This document shows, one piece after another, positions 56,677 to 64,000 of a stretch of 64,000 nucleotides of DNA. Under the pieces are notes generated by a model. The model did not search any database. It was not told the origin of the DNA and saw only the letters and a list, made by a program, of their open reading frames with translations. Source of the stretch: an uncultured virus (IMG/VR IMGVR_UViG_3300047557_000941) (Duplodnaviria > Heunggongvirae > Uroviricota > Caudoviricetes > Crassvirales); the IMG/VR virus record IMGVR_UViG_3300047557_000941, positions 1 to 64,000 of that record. One strand, written 5' to 3'. The position numbers and the translations under genes are program-made. How positions within the stretch are numbered: position 1 is the stretch's first letter; each line of letters starts with the position of its first letter.

Positions 56677-56934
56677 ATGAAAGTAATCGGAAAGAATATT
56701 CTAATCGTGCCTCAAGAAGAGGAGACAAAGTCCAAGGGCGGCTTAATTATGACCGCAATGGATGCAAATGAGCTACGCTACAAGAAAGCAACCGTGGTAT
56801 CACAAGGCTCGCTAGTAGATGGAATTAAGCCAGGCTCATTTATCTACTTTGATCGTGCAGCTGGCCACACCATCCGCATCAATGAGGACCTATATACGGT
56901 CATCACAGAGAAAGATGTGGTAGTAGTTCTTTAA
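56677..56934 (+). CDS. groES: Co-chaperonin GroES
   Basis: MKVIGKNILIVP.EEE.KSKGGLIM mobile loop, ATVVSQG, IKPG, ITEKDVVVVL. Confidence 0.88.
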   Translation: MKVIGKNILIVPQEEETKSKGGLIMTAMDANELRYKKATVVSQGSLVDGIKPGSFIYFDRAAGHTIRINEDLYTVITEKDVVVVL

Positions 56935-56943
56935 TTAAATAAT

Positions 56944-57069
56944 ATGGAGAAGAAATCTAAAGGGTTTGCTTTAATTATCCTACCACTAATTGCATTTGAA
57001 ATGCATGAAGATGGAACAAGGGAACTTATGTTCGGGTGGTTGACACACACTTGGTGGATAAGATTTTAA
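56944..57069 (+). CDS. Small hydrophobic protein (41 aa)
   Basis: Hand-translated MEKKSKGFALIILPLIAFE...FGWLTHTWWIRF. Confidence 0.5.
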   Translation: MEKKSKGFALIILPLIAFEMHEDGTRELMFGWLTHTWWIRF

Positions 57070-57075
57070 AATATT

Positions 57076-57257
57076 AGTCAGGTGGCGGAAGGGTCGTATC
57101 AGGAGTTCCCGGCCGAAGGTAGACGCAAAAAGCCAACTCGTAGGGTAGTATTAAACTATCATAGTGTGGAAGCGAGTCTAAATAAGACAATCCCTGGTTC
57201 GTGGCTCGCATTAGCGGCTGGCACCAAGGCTTACAGGTTCGAATCCTGTCCTGACTA
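57076..57257 (+). ncRNA. tRNA-like RNA 1 (182 nt) with expanded D-loop and anticodon region
   Basis: Acceptor AGTCAGG/CCTGACT, TGGCGGAA...GGTAGACGC D arm, T arm ACAGG-TTCGAAT-CCTGT. Confidence 0.75.
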
Positions 57258-57263
57258 AACTTA

Positions 57264-57327
57264 CCTATCCGAAGGTTATGATGAAGCATTTTGTACCGTA
57301 TGTTCATAAAGTAGATAGGAACGGTAC
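57264..57327 (+). ncRNA. Predicted pseudoknot RNA between tRNA-like elements
   Basis: CCTATC/GATAGG, TTATGA/TCATAA, and loop GTACCGT pairing with 3' ACGGTAC. Confidence 0.6.
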
Positions 57328-57332
57328 TAATT

Positions 57333-57404
57333 AGTTAGGTGGGGTAATGGTAACCTAATTGGCTGAAACGCTCGAAGATACATGTTCGATTCATGTCCTA
57401 ACTA
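57333..57404 (+). ncRNA. tRNA-like RNA 2 (72 nt) with non-canonical anticodon arm
   Basis: Acceptor AGTTAGG/CCTAACT, D arm GGT-AATGGTA-ACC, T arm ACATG-TTCGATT-CATGT; GAA sits at the anticodon position but the stem pairs poorly. Confidence 0.7.
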
Positions 57405-57473
57405 CACTTTTAGTGATGTTGGTTACTATAGCATAGTAACTAAACTAATGACTGATGGAAAGACATCAAATTT

Positions 57474-57594
57474 TAGCCTGTAGTGGAATTGGTATACACT
57501 ATGTGAATTGGTTTGCATCCAATAGGTGTGTTAGCATAATAACAAACATAGTCGCTGTCACGGTGACTTGCGGGTTCGAATCCCGACTGGCTAC
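57474..57594 (+). ncRNA. tRNA-like RNA 3 (class II Leu-like scaffold) with branched anticodon region
   Basis: TAGCCTG/CTGGCTA, TAGTGGAATTGGTATACAC, TATGT/ACATA stem, long variable arm GTCGCTG/CGGTGAC, GCGGGTTCGAATCCCG. Confidence 0.72.
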
Positions 57595-57673
57595 GGAGAG
57601 ATAGCAATCTTCCAATATGGCATTCAGTCCGTTAATCTGGAGAACTTGCTTGACAGCTGGAAAGACAGCATTT

Positions 57674-58180
57674 TTAAAAATCTTTATTAAGTCTACCAAT
57701 GACCCTGTCATATTGCCTTGTGGCAAAGTGATGGGGTTTATTGCTTTTAGGTTTGATGTCAGATAGCTTTGGAATGGGTCTTTCACCCTGCAACATCTCA
57801 TAAACCTGTCGCATAATGGACTTAGCTTGGTAAGACAGCTCATAAATCGCACGTTTGCCCGGTTCAGGCTTGCGAAAATGCACGATTAAACCTTTCTGCA
57901 TCAAATCTTGCCGTCTATTTTTAGTAAATCCAAATATTTGGCAGTATTGGTCGAACTGATTGGCGTCAAAAACGTGCTCGGAGTACAAATAACATAGCAT
58001 CTCAAAGTCTTCTAGGCTCAATCCGTGCTTATGACGAGCCCAGGCACGTACAACTTTGATGTATTTTAGAAAGTCTTTGTCGACAGCCTCACGTCTAACT
58101 ACGATAGGCTTGACTTTATATTCACGCACTTTAATAGCTCTAGGCTTAATCTTCCTAGGCTTCATGTATGTTTTTATCAT
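57674..58180 (-). CDS. Putative winged-helix regulator
   Basis: GLSLEDFEMLCYL...DLMQKGLIV...AIYELS MarR-like pattern; back-to-back promoter boxes at 58196-58213. Confidence 0.55.
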   Translation of the reverse strand: MIKTYMKPRKIKPRAIKVREYKVKPIVVRREAVDKDFLKYIKVVRAWARHKHGLSLEDFEMLCYLYSEHVFDANQFDQYCQIFGFTKNRRQDLMQKGLIVHFRKPEPGKRAIYELSYQAKSIMRQVYEMLQGERPIPKLSDIKPKSNKPHHFATRQYDRVIGRLNKDF

Positions 58181-58232
58181 TAGATTTTATTTTTACAAAA
58201 TTACTTATCTTTGTTGAATAATAAGAAAAATT

Positions 58233-58523
58233 ATGGCTAAGAAAAATTCAATGATTAAGATTGGCGACTTGAAGGGAGTCGTTGGTGGCATGAGAAAAGC
58301 AATGACTGAGCGTGAAGACGAGCGTACAATGCTTCAAAAAAACCGCAACTTAGGACTAGCTCCAGATCAAGATAAGGCTGCTGCATCTCGCATTGCACAA
58401 TTACGCAAGGAGAACGCATACTATGCACCAATCGCAGAGCGTTACCAAGGATTGATCGACTCAAAAACTAAGGGTCGTGATGTACCTCTTCCTTCTTCTT
58501 CACAATTATTCAATAAGAAATAA
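58233..58523 (+). CDS. Hypothetical basic protein
   Basis: 96-aa ORF after promoter box. Confidence 0.6.
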   Translation: MAKKNSMIKIGDLKGVVGGMRKAMTEREDERTMLQKNRNLGLAPDQDKAAASRIAQLRKENAYYAPIAERYQGLIDSKTKGRDVPLPSSSQLFNKK

Positions 58524-58524
58524 G

Positions 58525-58665
58525 ATGGCAAAGCAAGAAAAAACACCAATGACACGTCCAATGCCTAAAACACAAATGGGCATTACTAAAATTGCAGCTG
58601 CTAAAAAAGCAGTTAAGGTTGCTAAGGTAGTTAAGGCTGCTAAAGCAATCAAGAAAATGTGCTAA
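58525..58665 (+). CDS. Small Lys/Ala-rich protein
   Basis: MAKQEKTPM...KIAAAKKAVKVAKVVKAAKAIKKMC. Confidence 0.6.
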   Translation: MAKQEKTPMTRPMPKTQMGITKIAAAKKAVKVAKVVKAAKAIKKMC

Positions 58666-58666
58666 T

Positions 58667-58864
58667 ATGAAAGGCTTAGGAGACGTAGTCGAGCATGTTG
58701 CTAAAGTAACAGGCGTTGCAGCCGCTGTTAAAGCCGTCGCAGGTGATGACTGCGGCTGTGCTGCTAGAAGAGATGCACTAAACAGGGCATTCCCATTTAA
58801 TAAAGAAGTAAATAATAAAATACAATCAAGTAATGACATCAAAAAAATGCACAAAATGCAATAA
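58667..58864 (+). CDS. Small conserved-looking phage protein (KGLGD...TG...DCGC..R...LN..FP)
   Basis: Motif recognised from other phage genomes; function unknown. Confidence 0.65.
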   Translation: MKGLGDVVEHVAKVTGVAAAVKAVAGDDCGCAARRDALNRAFPFNKEVNNKIQSSNDIKKMHKMQ

Positions 58865-59357
58865 TGTTTTTGATTTAAGTAACTTCTATACAACAGGGAA
58901 AAAAGTATCAGGGGAACCTAAGTATAATTCTTGGTGTAAAAAATGTATATTAGAAAAACAATCTTTATACCACAAACAAACTTGGGGAGAAGATAAGTTA
59001 AAGTATACTTCTTTTAAAAGAACCAAATCAGTAAAATCATATTTGTCTTATTTAAGGGCTAAAGCATTAGGCAGAAAGAAAGACGATAATATAAACATAG
59101 ACTATTTAATTAGCCTTTGGGATAAACAAAATGGTAAATGTGCTTTAACTGGTTGGGATATGACTATGGTTTTAGGGGAAGGTGTTATACAAACAAATTG
59201 TAGCATTGATAGAATAGATTCATCAATAGGATATGTTGAAGGAAATATACAGTTGGTTTGTCGTATTGTAAATATATCAAAGAGTAATACATCTGTTGAT
59301 AATTTTATAAATTTGTGCAAATCAGTTGTTGATTTTAATAACAAACAAAATGGCTAA
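58833..59357 (+). CDS. His-Me finger (HNH-like) endonuclease with N-terminal zinc finger
   Basis: CTKC..CKKC; QNGKCALTG, SIDRIDSSIGYVEGNIQLVC..VN..K. Confidence 0.8.
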   Translation: MTSKKCTKCNNVFDLSNFYTTGKKVSGEPKYNSWCKKCILEKQSLYHKQTWGEDKLKYTSFKRTKSVKSYLSYLRAKALGRKKDDNINIDYLISLWDKQNGKCALTGWDMTMVLGEGVIQTNCSIDRIDSSIGYVEGNIQLVCRIVNISKSNTSVDNFINLCKSVVDFNNKQNG

Positions 59358-59622
59358 AACAGCAGCATGGCAACGGTCAGAGGGTAAAAGTAAAACTGGT
59401 GGTCTGAACGCTAAAGGCGTTGCGTCGTACCGACGTGAGAATCCGGGTAGCAAACTGCAAACAGCAGTGACTACACCCCCATCTAAATTAAAAGCGGGCA
59501 GCAGAGATGCTGCTAGACGCAAGTCATTCTGTGCTCGCATGTCAGGCGTAGAAGGACCAATGAAGAAGCCAAATGGCGAGCCAACAAGAAAAGCATTAGC
59601 ACTAAGAAAATGGAACTGTTAG
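59350..59622 (+). CDS. Small basic phage protein (DUF6321-like)
   Basis: AWQRSEGKSKTGGLNAKG.ASY...RRKSFCARM...LRKWNC; ATG 59350. Confidence 0.7.
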   Translation: MAKTAAWQRSEGKSKTGGLNAKGVASYRRENPGSKLQTAVTTPPSKLKAGSRDAARRKSFCARMSGVEGPMKKPNGEPTRKALALRKWNC

Positions 59623-59623
59623 T

Positions 59624-59767
59624 ATGAAAAAGAAACTAAATAAGTTAGGAGTAGAAAACTCTTTGTGGAATAATATCCGTGCCAAATCAGGAAGTGGAAA
59701 GAAGCCAACTGCGGAAATGCTAAAGCAAGAAAAAAAAATTGTTGCTAAAGAAAAGAAGAAAAAGTAA
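59624..59767 (+). CDS. Small basic protein (47 aa)
   Basis: Hand-translated MKKKLNKLGVENSLWNNIRAKSGSGKKPT...KKKK. Confidence 0.6.
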   Translation: MKKKLNKLGVENSLWNNIRAKSGSGKKPTAEMLKQEKKIVAKEKKKK

Positions 59768-60042
59768 TGGCAGGACGGACATCTGAATACTATAAGACTC
59801 ATCCGGAGGCTCGCAAAAAACGTCTTGAATATCAGGCTGAATATAACAAGAGAGCTGATCAATTAAAAAAGCGTATTGAGCTTAACAAAATCAACCGTGA
59901 CCGTGGTCAATATGGCGATGGCGATGGCAAAGATATGAGCCACAAAAGAAATGGCCGTATCGTTGAGGAATCAGCCAGCAAGAACCGTGGATCTCATTCA
60001 AATATGCCTGGTGATCGTCGTGCAAGAGGTAAGAAAAAGTAA
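59767..60042 (+). CDS. Small basic protein with HNH-like remnant
   Basis: GDGKDMSH...S.NR motif. Confidence 0.6.
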   Translation: MAGRTSEYYKTHPEARKKRLEYQAEYNKRADQLKKRIELNKINRDRGQYGDGDGKDMSHKRNGRIVEESASKNRGSHSNMPGDRRARGKKK

Positions 60043-60048
60043 AAAGTA

Positions 60049-60255
60049 ATGGCTATCTTAAAAGTTGGTGGGCAGACCCACAAAGTTTTCAAGAATAAAC
60101 AGGGCGATGTAATTGTAGACCATACAGCAGGTAGACCTGCTGGCAAATGGGATAAAATTAACCTAACTAAAAAGGCCAAAGCCAAGACAATAGAGGATGG
60201 TATTGAGTCGATTCGTAAGTGGCATAGAGAGAATCCTTATAAAACAAAAAAGTAA
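60049..60255 (+). CDS. Small basic protein
   Basis: 68-aa ORF. Confidence 0.6.
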   Translation: MAILKVGGQTHKVFKNKQGDVIVDHTAGRPAGKWDKINLTKKAKAKTIEDGIESIRKWHRENPYKTKK

Positions 60256-60283
60256 TATCTTTGTAATTCAAAATATCAAGATA

Positions 60284-60412
60284 ATGAAAAAGGTTAGCAA
60301 AAAAACAGCGTTCGACATCAAAGAAGCTAGTAATCAAAAATTAAAGCCTGCTGCACGTAAGCACTATGCTGAGAATGCTCAAGCTGCAATGAAAAACAAA
60401 AAGAAGAAATAA
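60284..60412 (+). CDS. Small basic protein (42 aa)
   Basis: ATG 60284 after promoter box 60256. Confidence 0.6.
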   Translation: MKKVSKKTAFDIKEASNQKLKPAARKHYAENAQAAMKNKKKK

Positions 60413-60413
60413 G

Positions 60414-60677
60414 ATGGGTGTTTTAAATTACGTACAGTCGGGGCGTGCTGCAGCAGTAACGCCATCAAACACTGATAATATTCCTAGCGTATCAGGTGGC
60501 ACAAATGATGAGGGATGTATCCTTTACATTGGTGGTACTGGTAACTTAAAGGTGTTAACTATTGGTGGTGACGAGGTTATCTTCTACGCAGTACCAGCAG
60601 GCACAACTCTTCAAGTTCGTGTTAAGAGAGTTTTCTCTACAGGAACAGCAGCTACTAACATTGTTGCTCTTTGGTAA
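60414..60677 (+). CDS. Head spike base-like protein (RcGTA Rcc01079-like)
   Basis: AAAVTPS.T...LYIGGTGNLKV...F..VPAGT.L.VRVKRV.STGT.AT.IVAL. Confidence 0.7.
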   Translation: MGVLNYVQSGRAAAVTPSNTDNIPSVSGGTNDEGCILYIGGTGNLKVLTIGGDEVIFYAVPAGTTLQVRVKRVFSTGTAATNIVALW

Positions 60678-60678
60678 T

Positions 60679-60834
60679 ATGACGGAAGAGGATTTGAAAA
60701 TAGGACTATTGAACGCATCGACATTGATCTTGTCGTTCACAAATATCGAAGCTGCCTTACGGTTGGCATTGTTGGCTGTGTCTATTATTTACACAGGGTT
60801 TAAGTTATATAACTTAATTAAAGGCAAAGAGTAA
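60679..60834 (+). CDS. Small membrane protein (holin/antiholin candidate)
   Basis: 51 aa with TM segment, upstream of endolysin. Confidence 0.55.
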   Translation: MTEEDLKIGLLNASTLILSFTNIEAALRLALLAVSIIYTGFKLYNLIKGKE

Positions 60835-61055
60835 TGTGGAATATATTTAAAGACTCAAACGATGTAAATGAGCAATCTGTTGCTGCATTTATAGCACTTG
60901 GGTTGGTAGCTATTATTGCTTTGGCTGATGTTGTTGCTGGTATTCTAGGTAATGACTTAACCGTAAAAGAGTTTATTTTTAATTCACTATTAATATATTC
61001 TGCATCTGCATTAGGTATAGCAGGGTATAAATCAATCAATGGCAAAAGCAAATAA
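60834..61055 (+). CDS. Two-TM holin candidate
   Basis: Two hydrophobic helices and basic C-terminus. Confidence 0.55.
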   Translation: MWNIFKDSNDVNEQSVAAFIALGLVAIIALADVVAGILGNDLTVKEFIFNSLLIYSASALGIAGYKSINGKSK

Positions 61056-61158
61056 CGAATCTAAAAAGGTAACCTTTGGCGTAAGACGAAAAGGTAAGCA
61101 CTCTAAAACAAGTGGGCCAAAAGATTGCAAGTCAAAGAAATCGAGAGGTCAAGGATGA
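61039..61158 (+). CDS. Small basic peptide ending KKSRGQG (39 aa)
   Basis: Hand-translated MAKANNESKK...RRKGKHSK...KKSRGQG. Confidence 0.6.
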   Translation: MAKANNESKKVTFGVRRKGKHSKTSGPKDCKSKKSRGQG

Positions 61159-61274
61159 TAAAATTAACTACTTATGTAGTGTCGGCTATAGTAGCACTAG
61201 CTATGTGTATAGATCTTGTTTTTATTTTCTTGCATTTTTTTAATGAAGATTTAATTAGACAGATAATCAAATGA
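61155..61274 (+). CDS. Small single-TM peptide (39 aa)
   Basis: Hand-translated; ATGA overlaps at both ends. Confidence 0.5.
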   Translation: MIKLTTYVVSAIVALAMCIDLVFIFLHFFNEDLIRQIIK

Positions 61275-61756
61275 AACTATCAGAGCACCTAGACTTATCA
61301 GAAGTTACAAGGTCAGATTCAGCCAAAAGAAAAGGCATTGCTAATACTCCAACACCAGAACATTTAGAAAACTTCAAAAGACTTGCCGAGCATGTATTTG
61401 AACCTATTCGTAATCACTTCGGTGTACCTATTTACATTTCAAGCGGATATCGATCGAAAGAACTCAACAAATCTGTTGGGGGATCATCTACTTCTGACCA
61501 CTGTTATGGCAGAGCTATTGACATTGATATGGATGGATCTAGTTCGGGTGTTACAAACAATGATATATTCCATTGGATTAAGGATAATCTAAAGTTCAAG
61601 CAACTCATTGCTGAGTTCCCTGAATCTGGCAAGCTAGGATGGGTACACGTGGCGTATGGAGACGGCTTAAATAACAATCAGATATTAGTTGCGACAAAAA
61701 AGGCAGGCAAAACTGTTTATTTACCATACAAAGGAAATGAAAAACTAGTAAGCTAA
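61271..61756 (+). CDS. Endolysin, peptidase M15A family
   Basis: ISSGYRS..LN..VGGS..SDH..G.AID and WVHV. Confidence 0.9.
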   Translation: MKLSEHLDLSEVTRSDSAKRKGIANTPTPEHLENFKRLAEHVFEPIRNHFGVPIYISSGYRSKELNKSVGGSSTSDHCYGRAIDIDMDGSSSGVTNNDIFHWIKDNLKFKQLIAEFPESGKLGWVHVAYGDGLNNNQILVATKKAGKTVYLPYKGNEKLVS

Positions 61757-62202
61757 TGAAAAGATTGTTTTTATTATTGTTAATTATAACAGTTTCTTGT
61801 CGTCCAACAAAAACAATTACTGAATATAAAGAGGTTGTGCGTGTAGATACGTTTAAAATTGAACGTGAAGCAAAAATACTTCCAGCTGTACATGATACAT
61901 TATTAATTGAGAATCCATGCGATTCTTCTGGCATTTTAAGCACGTTCTATAGCAAGATCAAGATACCGCAAGGGCAAGTAGTAATTCGCTCCGTACGTGG
62001 CAAGATTGAGGCCACAGTTGACATTGATTCAATCGCTCAAGTGTACGAAGATAAGTATAGAAGCAAAAATAATTCTAGCATTAGTGTAAAAAACGTTGAG
62101 GTTATTAAATACTTAGTTCCTACTTGGGCTATTATAGTTATCCTAATAGAGTCGGCTATTATTATATTATATGCCTATTTCAAATTTCTAGTACTTAGAT
62201 AA
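61756..62202 (+). CDS. Putative unimolecular spanin
   Basis: Lipoprotein signal MKRLFLLLLIITVS-C plus C-terminal TM helix, directly after endolysin. Confidence 0.7.
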   Translation: MKRLFLLLLIITVSCRPTKTITEYKEVVRVDTFKIEREAKILPAVHDTLLIENPCDSSGILSTFYSKIKIPQGQVVIRSVRGKIEATVDIDSIAQVYEDKYRSKNNSSISVKNVEVIKYLVPTWAIIVILIESAIIILYAYFKFLVLR

Positions 62203-62243
62203 ATTTGCGTATTTTTGCTAGATAATAAGTAAAGACATTTTCA

Positions 62244-64000
62244 ATGGCGAGAATACAAACCTACCCAAACGACATATATGTTACTGGTAATGATAAATGG
62301 ATTGGCTCAGACGCCAACAACGACTTCATAACCAAAAACTTTACAGCAAATGCTGTTGCCGATTATTTTAATCGAGTAGGTATTATCGATACAGGTAGTT
62401 TCAACTGGTCATACAGAATGTATGCTCCGACAGAATCTCAACCTGCGAAGACGTTTGAATTAGTTGACCATCCATACGACACAGTAGATGTAATTGGACT
62501 TGCAGGAACCATCAAGGTTTCTTTCTTGACAATGGCTAATACTGAGCCAGGTATCTTCATTGAGCAGGCTTGGTTAGATAAAATTATTCTTGTTAACCGT
62601 CCAGGATTTCCTAGTGAGTATGGATTATATAAAGTAACTGCTGTTGTTGAAGATGGTGATTACTATTTCTTAGACTTAGATTTTATTGGTGGCCATTCAG
62701 GTATTGTTAACGAAGATGAGCCAGTTACATTTGGGTTATTCTCAGGCGTAAGTGGCACATCAGGAACAACAGGAACCTCGGGTAGTAGCGGTAGCTCAGG
62801 CTCATCTGGAACATCAGGTATTGATGGAACATCAGGCACTTCAGGTACTACAGGCACTTCAGGTTCATCAGGTACAACAGGTACGTCGGGTTCATCAGGT
62901 ACAACAGGAACATCAGGTTCTTCAGGTACAGGTGGTACATCAGGTTCTTCAGGTACAAACGGTTCAGACGGTACGTCAGGTACACGTGGTACATCAGGTA
63001 CCTCAGGCATTGACGGTATCGACGGTACAGATGGTACATCAGGGACTAGTGGAACAGATGGAACGGGAGGTACTAGTGGTACAACTGGAACTAGCGGTAC
63101 ATCAGGAATTGATGGAACTAGCGGTTCAGGTGGAACTAGCGGAACTAGTGGAGTTAACGGTACATCAGGTACAGGAGGTACAAGTGGTACAGACGGCACA
63201 GGTGGCACATCGGGTACGGACGGAACAGGAGGTACTTCAGGCACATCTGGTTCTAGTGGGTCATCGGGTATTGATGGAACTTCAGGAATAAATGGTACAT
63301 CGGGCATTGATGGAACTAGTGGATCATCAGGAAGCTCAGGCACATCAGCTACTTCAGGTACAGATGGCACAGGTGGTACGTCAGGCACGACAGGCACAAG
63401 TGGAGTTTCAGGAACATCAGGAACTACAGGTACATCAGGTACAGGTGGTACTTCGGGTGTTGACGGTGTTAGTGGTGGTCGTGTTTATTATTTTAATAAT
63501 AGCCAATCATCATCTGTTTCTCCATACAAAGTATTGTCTACTGAACCTACATTAGGTGCATTACAGACTATAACTGTTAATATGACTGGTAACCAACAAA
63601 ATGTGTTGGTTCAGCAATTTATAACAGAGCAATTAGGATTTACTATTATCCCATCAGGTGTACAAAGATTTCATCTTCATACATTAAAGCCTCAGGATAA
63701 TGACAACATTCAAGTTTATGTAACATTACAACTTGCTGACTCCACAGGTACTCCTTATGGTACATTAGCTACTTCATCTGTAGTTCTTTTAGCTTGGTTT
63801 GGAACAGGTGTAATTGCAGAGACTACAGTAGACTTTGTGTTTCCACATACGACAATTTCTGCAACAGACAGAATGATTGTCAAGATTTACTATAACAATA
63901 ATGTAAGCACTGCAAAAACTGCAGAATGGTACACAGAAGATAGTGAGTACTCATATGTTACTACATCTATTGCTGCTGCATCAGGTACAAGTGGTGTAAA
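62244..64000 (+). CDS. Long fibre protein with Pro-free Gly-X-Y (Ser/Thr-rich) collagen-like tracts; 3'-truncated by the window
   Basis: ATG 62244 MARIQTYPND..KWIGSD..TKNF; GXY tract 62745-63473; second tract starts at 63984; missing from the ORF track because there is no stop in the window. Confidence 0.85.
   Translation, partial: MARIQTYPNDIYVTGNDKWIGSDANNDFITKNFTANAVADYFNRVGIIDTGSFNWSYRMYAPTESQPAKTFELVDHPYDTVDVIGLAGTIKVSFLTMANTEPGIFIEQAWLDKIILVNRPGFPSEYGLYKVTAVVEDGDYYFLDLDFIGGHSGIVNEDEPVTFGLFSGVSGTSGTTGTSGSSGSSGSSGTSGIDGTSGTSGTTGTSGSSGTTGTSGSSGTTGTSGSSGTGGTSGSSGTNGSDGTSGTRGTSGTSGIDGIDGTDGTSGTSGTDGTGGTSGTTGTSGTSGIDGTSGSGGTSGTSGVNGTSGTGGTSGTDGTGGTSGTDGTGGTSGTSGSSGSSGIDGTSGINGTSGIDGTSGSSGSSGTSATSGTDGTGGTSGTTGTSGVSGTSGTTGTSGTGGTSGVDGVSGGRVYYFNNSQSSSVSPYKVLSTEPTLGALQTITVNMTGNQQNVLVQQFITEQLGFTIIPSGVQRFHLHTLKPQDNDNIQVYVTLQLADSTGTPYGTLATSSVVLLAWFGTGVIAETTVDFVFPHTTISATDRMIVKIYYNNNVSTAKTAEWYTEDSEYSYVTTSIAAASGTSGV
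62745..63473 (+). repeat. 9-bp-period coding repeat (GTS/GSS/GTT/GID/GTD/GTG triplets)
   Basis: 729 nt, equal to 81 Gly-X-Y triplets in register. Confidence 0.9.

Noticed and set aside
57076..57257. tmRNA, or a suppressor tRNA from the CTA or TTA triplets in the insert
   Set aside because: No G3-U70 pair and too short for tmRNA; CTA is not in a 7-nt stem-loop and the TTA loop lacks U33.
57451..57468. Hammerhead ribozyme (CTGATG...GAAA)
   Set aside because: Core reads CTGATGG rather than CTGATGA, there is no stem II before GAAA, and the bases form a simple hairpin.
57074..57852. Minus-strand ORFs 57074..57307 and 57499..57852
   Set aside because: They overlap the structured RNA cluster on the opposite strand and have no protein-like features.
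62663..63555. PDVPPVP and HQVLQV repeat ORFs in the track
   Set aside because: Alternative-frame translations of the Gly-X-Y repeat; the real gene is the open frame from 62244.

Overview
The window is most of the genome of an AT-rich lytic tailed dsDNA phage (Caudoviricetes) with podovirus-like architecture. The host is very probably a Bacteroidota bacterium, judging from many TAnnTTTG -7 promoter boxes, A-rich initiation regions without Shine-Dalgarno sites and a BACON domain. Layout: (i) 1-30.2 kb, mostly + strand: end of a tail fibre with an S74 chaperone domain, a GT4 plus Aah/TibC-type glycosyltransferase on the - strand, a GroES-like gene, terminase, portal, scaffold, major capsid, ring and muzzle proteins, and three ejection proteins. 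(ii) 30.3-52 kb, - strand: a Dps-like gene with an in-frame TAG, phosphoesterase, NrdAB, MazG, VRR-NUC, SNF2 helicase, primase-helicase, SSB, RecE-like exonuclease, Sak, dNMP kinase and many small early genes. (iii) 52.4-64 kb, + strand: GroEL/GroES, HNH and GIY-YIG endonucleases, a cluster of aberrant tRNA-like RNAs, small basic proteins, a lysis cassette and the start of a Pro-free Gly-X-Y Ser/Thr-rich fibre. I saw no DNA polymerase, integrase, reverse transcriptase or CRISPR array. The most notable signals are two arrays of mutually unrelated ~20-bp palindromes (possible operator decoys), three tRNA scaffolds with rebuilt anticodon arms interleaved with a pseudoknot and GGAAAGAC hairpins, a 43-aa gene overprinted inside the giant ejection gene plus a candidate -1 frameshift product of that gene, a small-gene array joined by a conserved 16-nt junction, a kissing-loop leader before an HNH gene, and a plausible fibre O-glycosylation system. 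All family calls come from motif recognition by eye; no searches were run.
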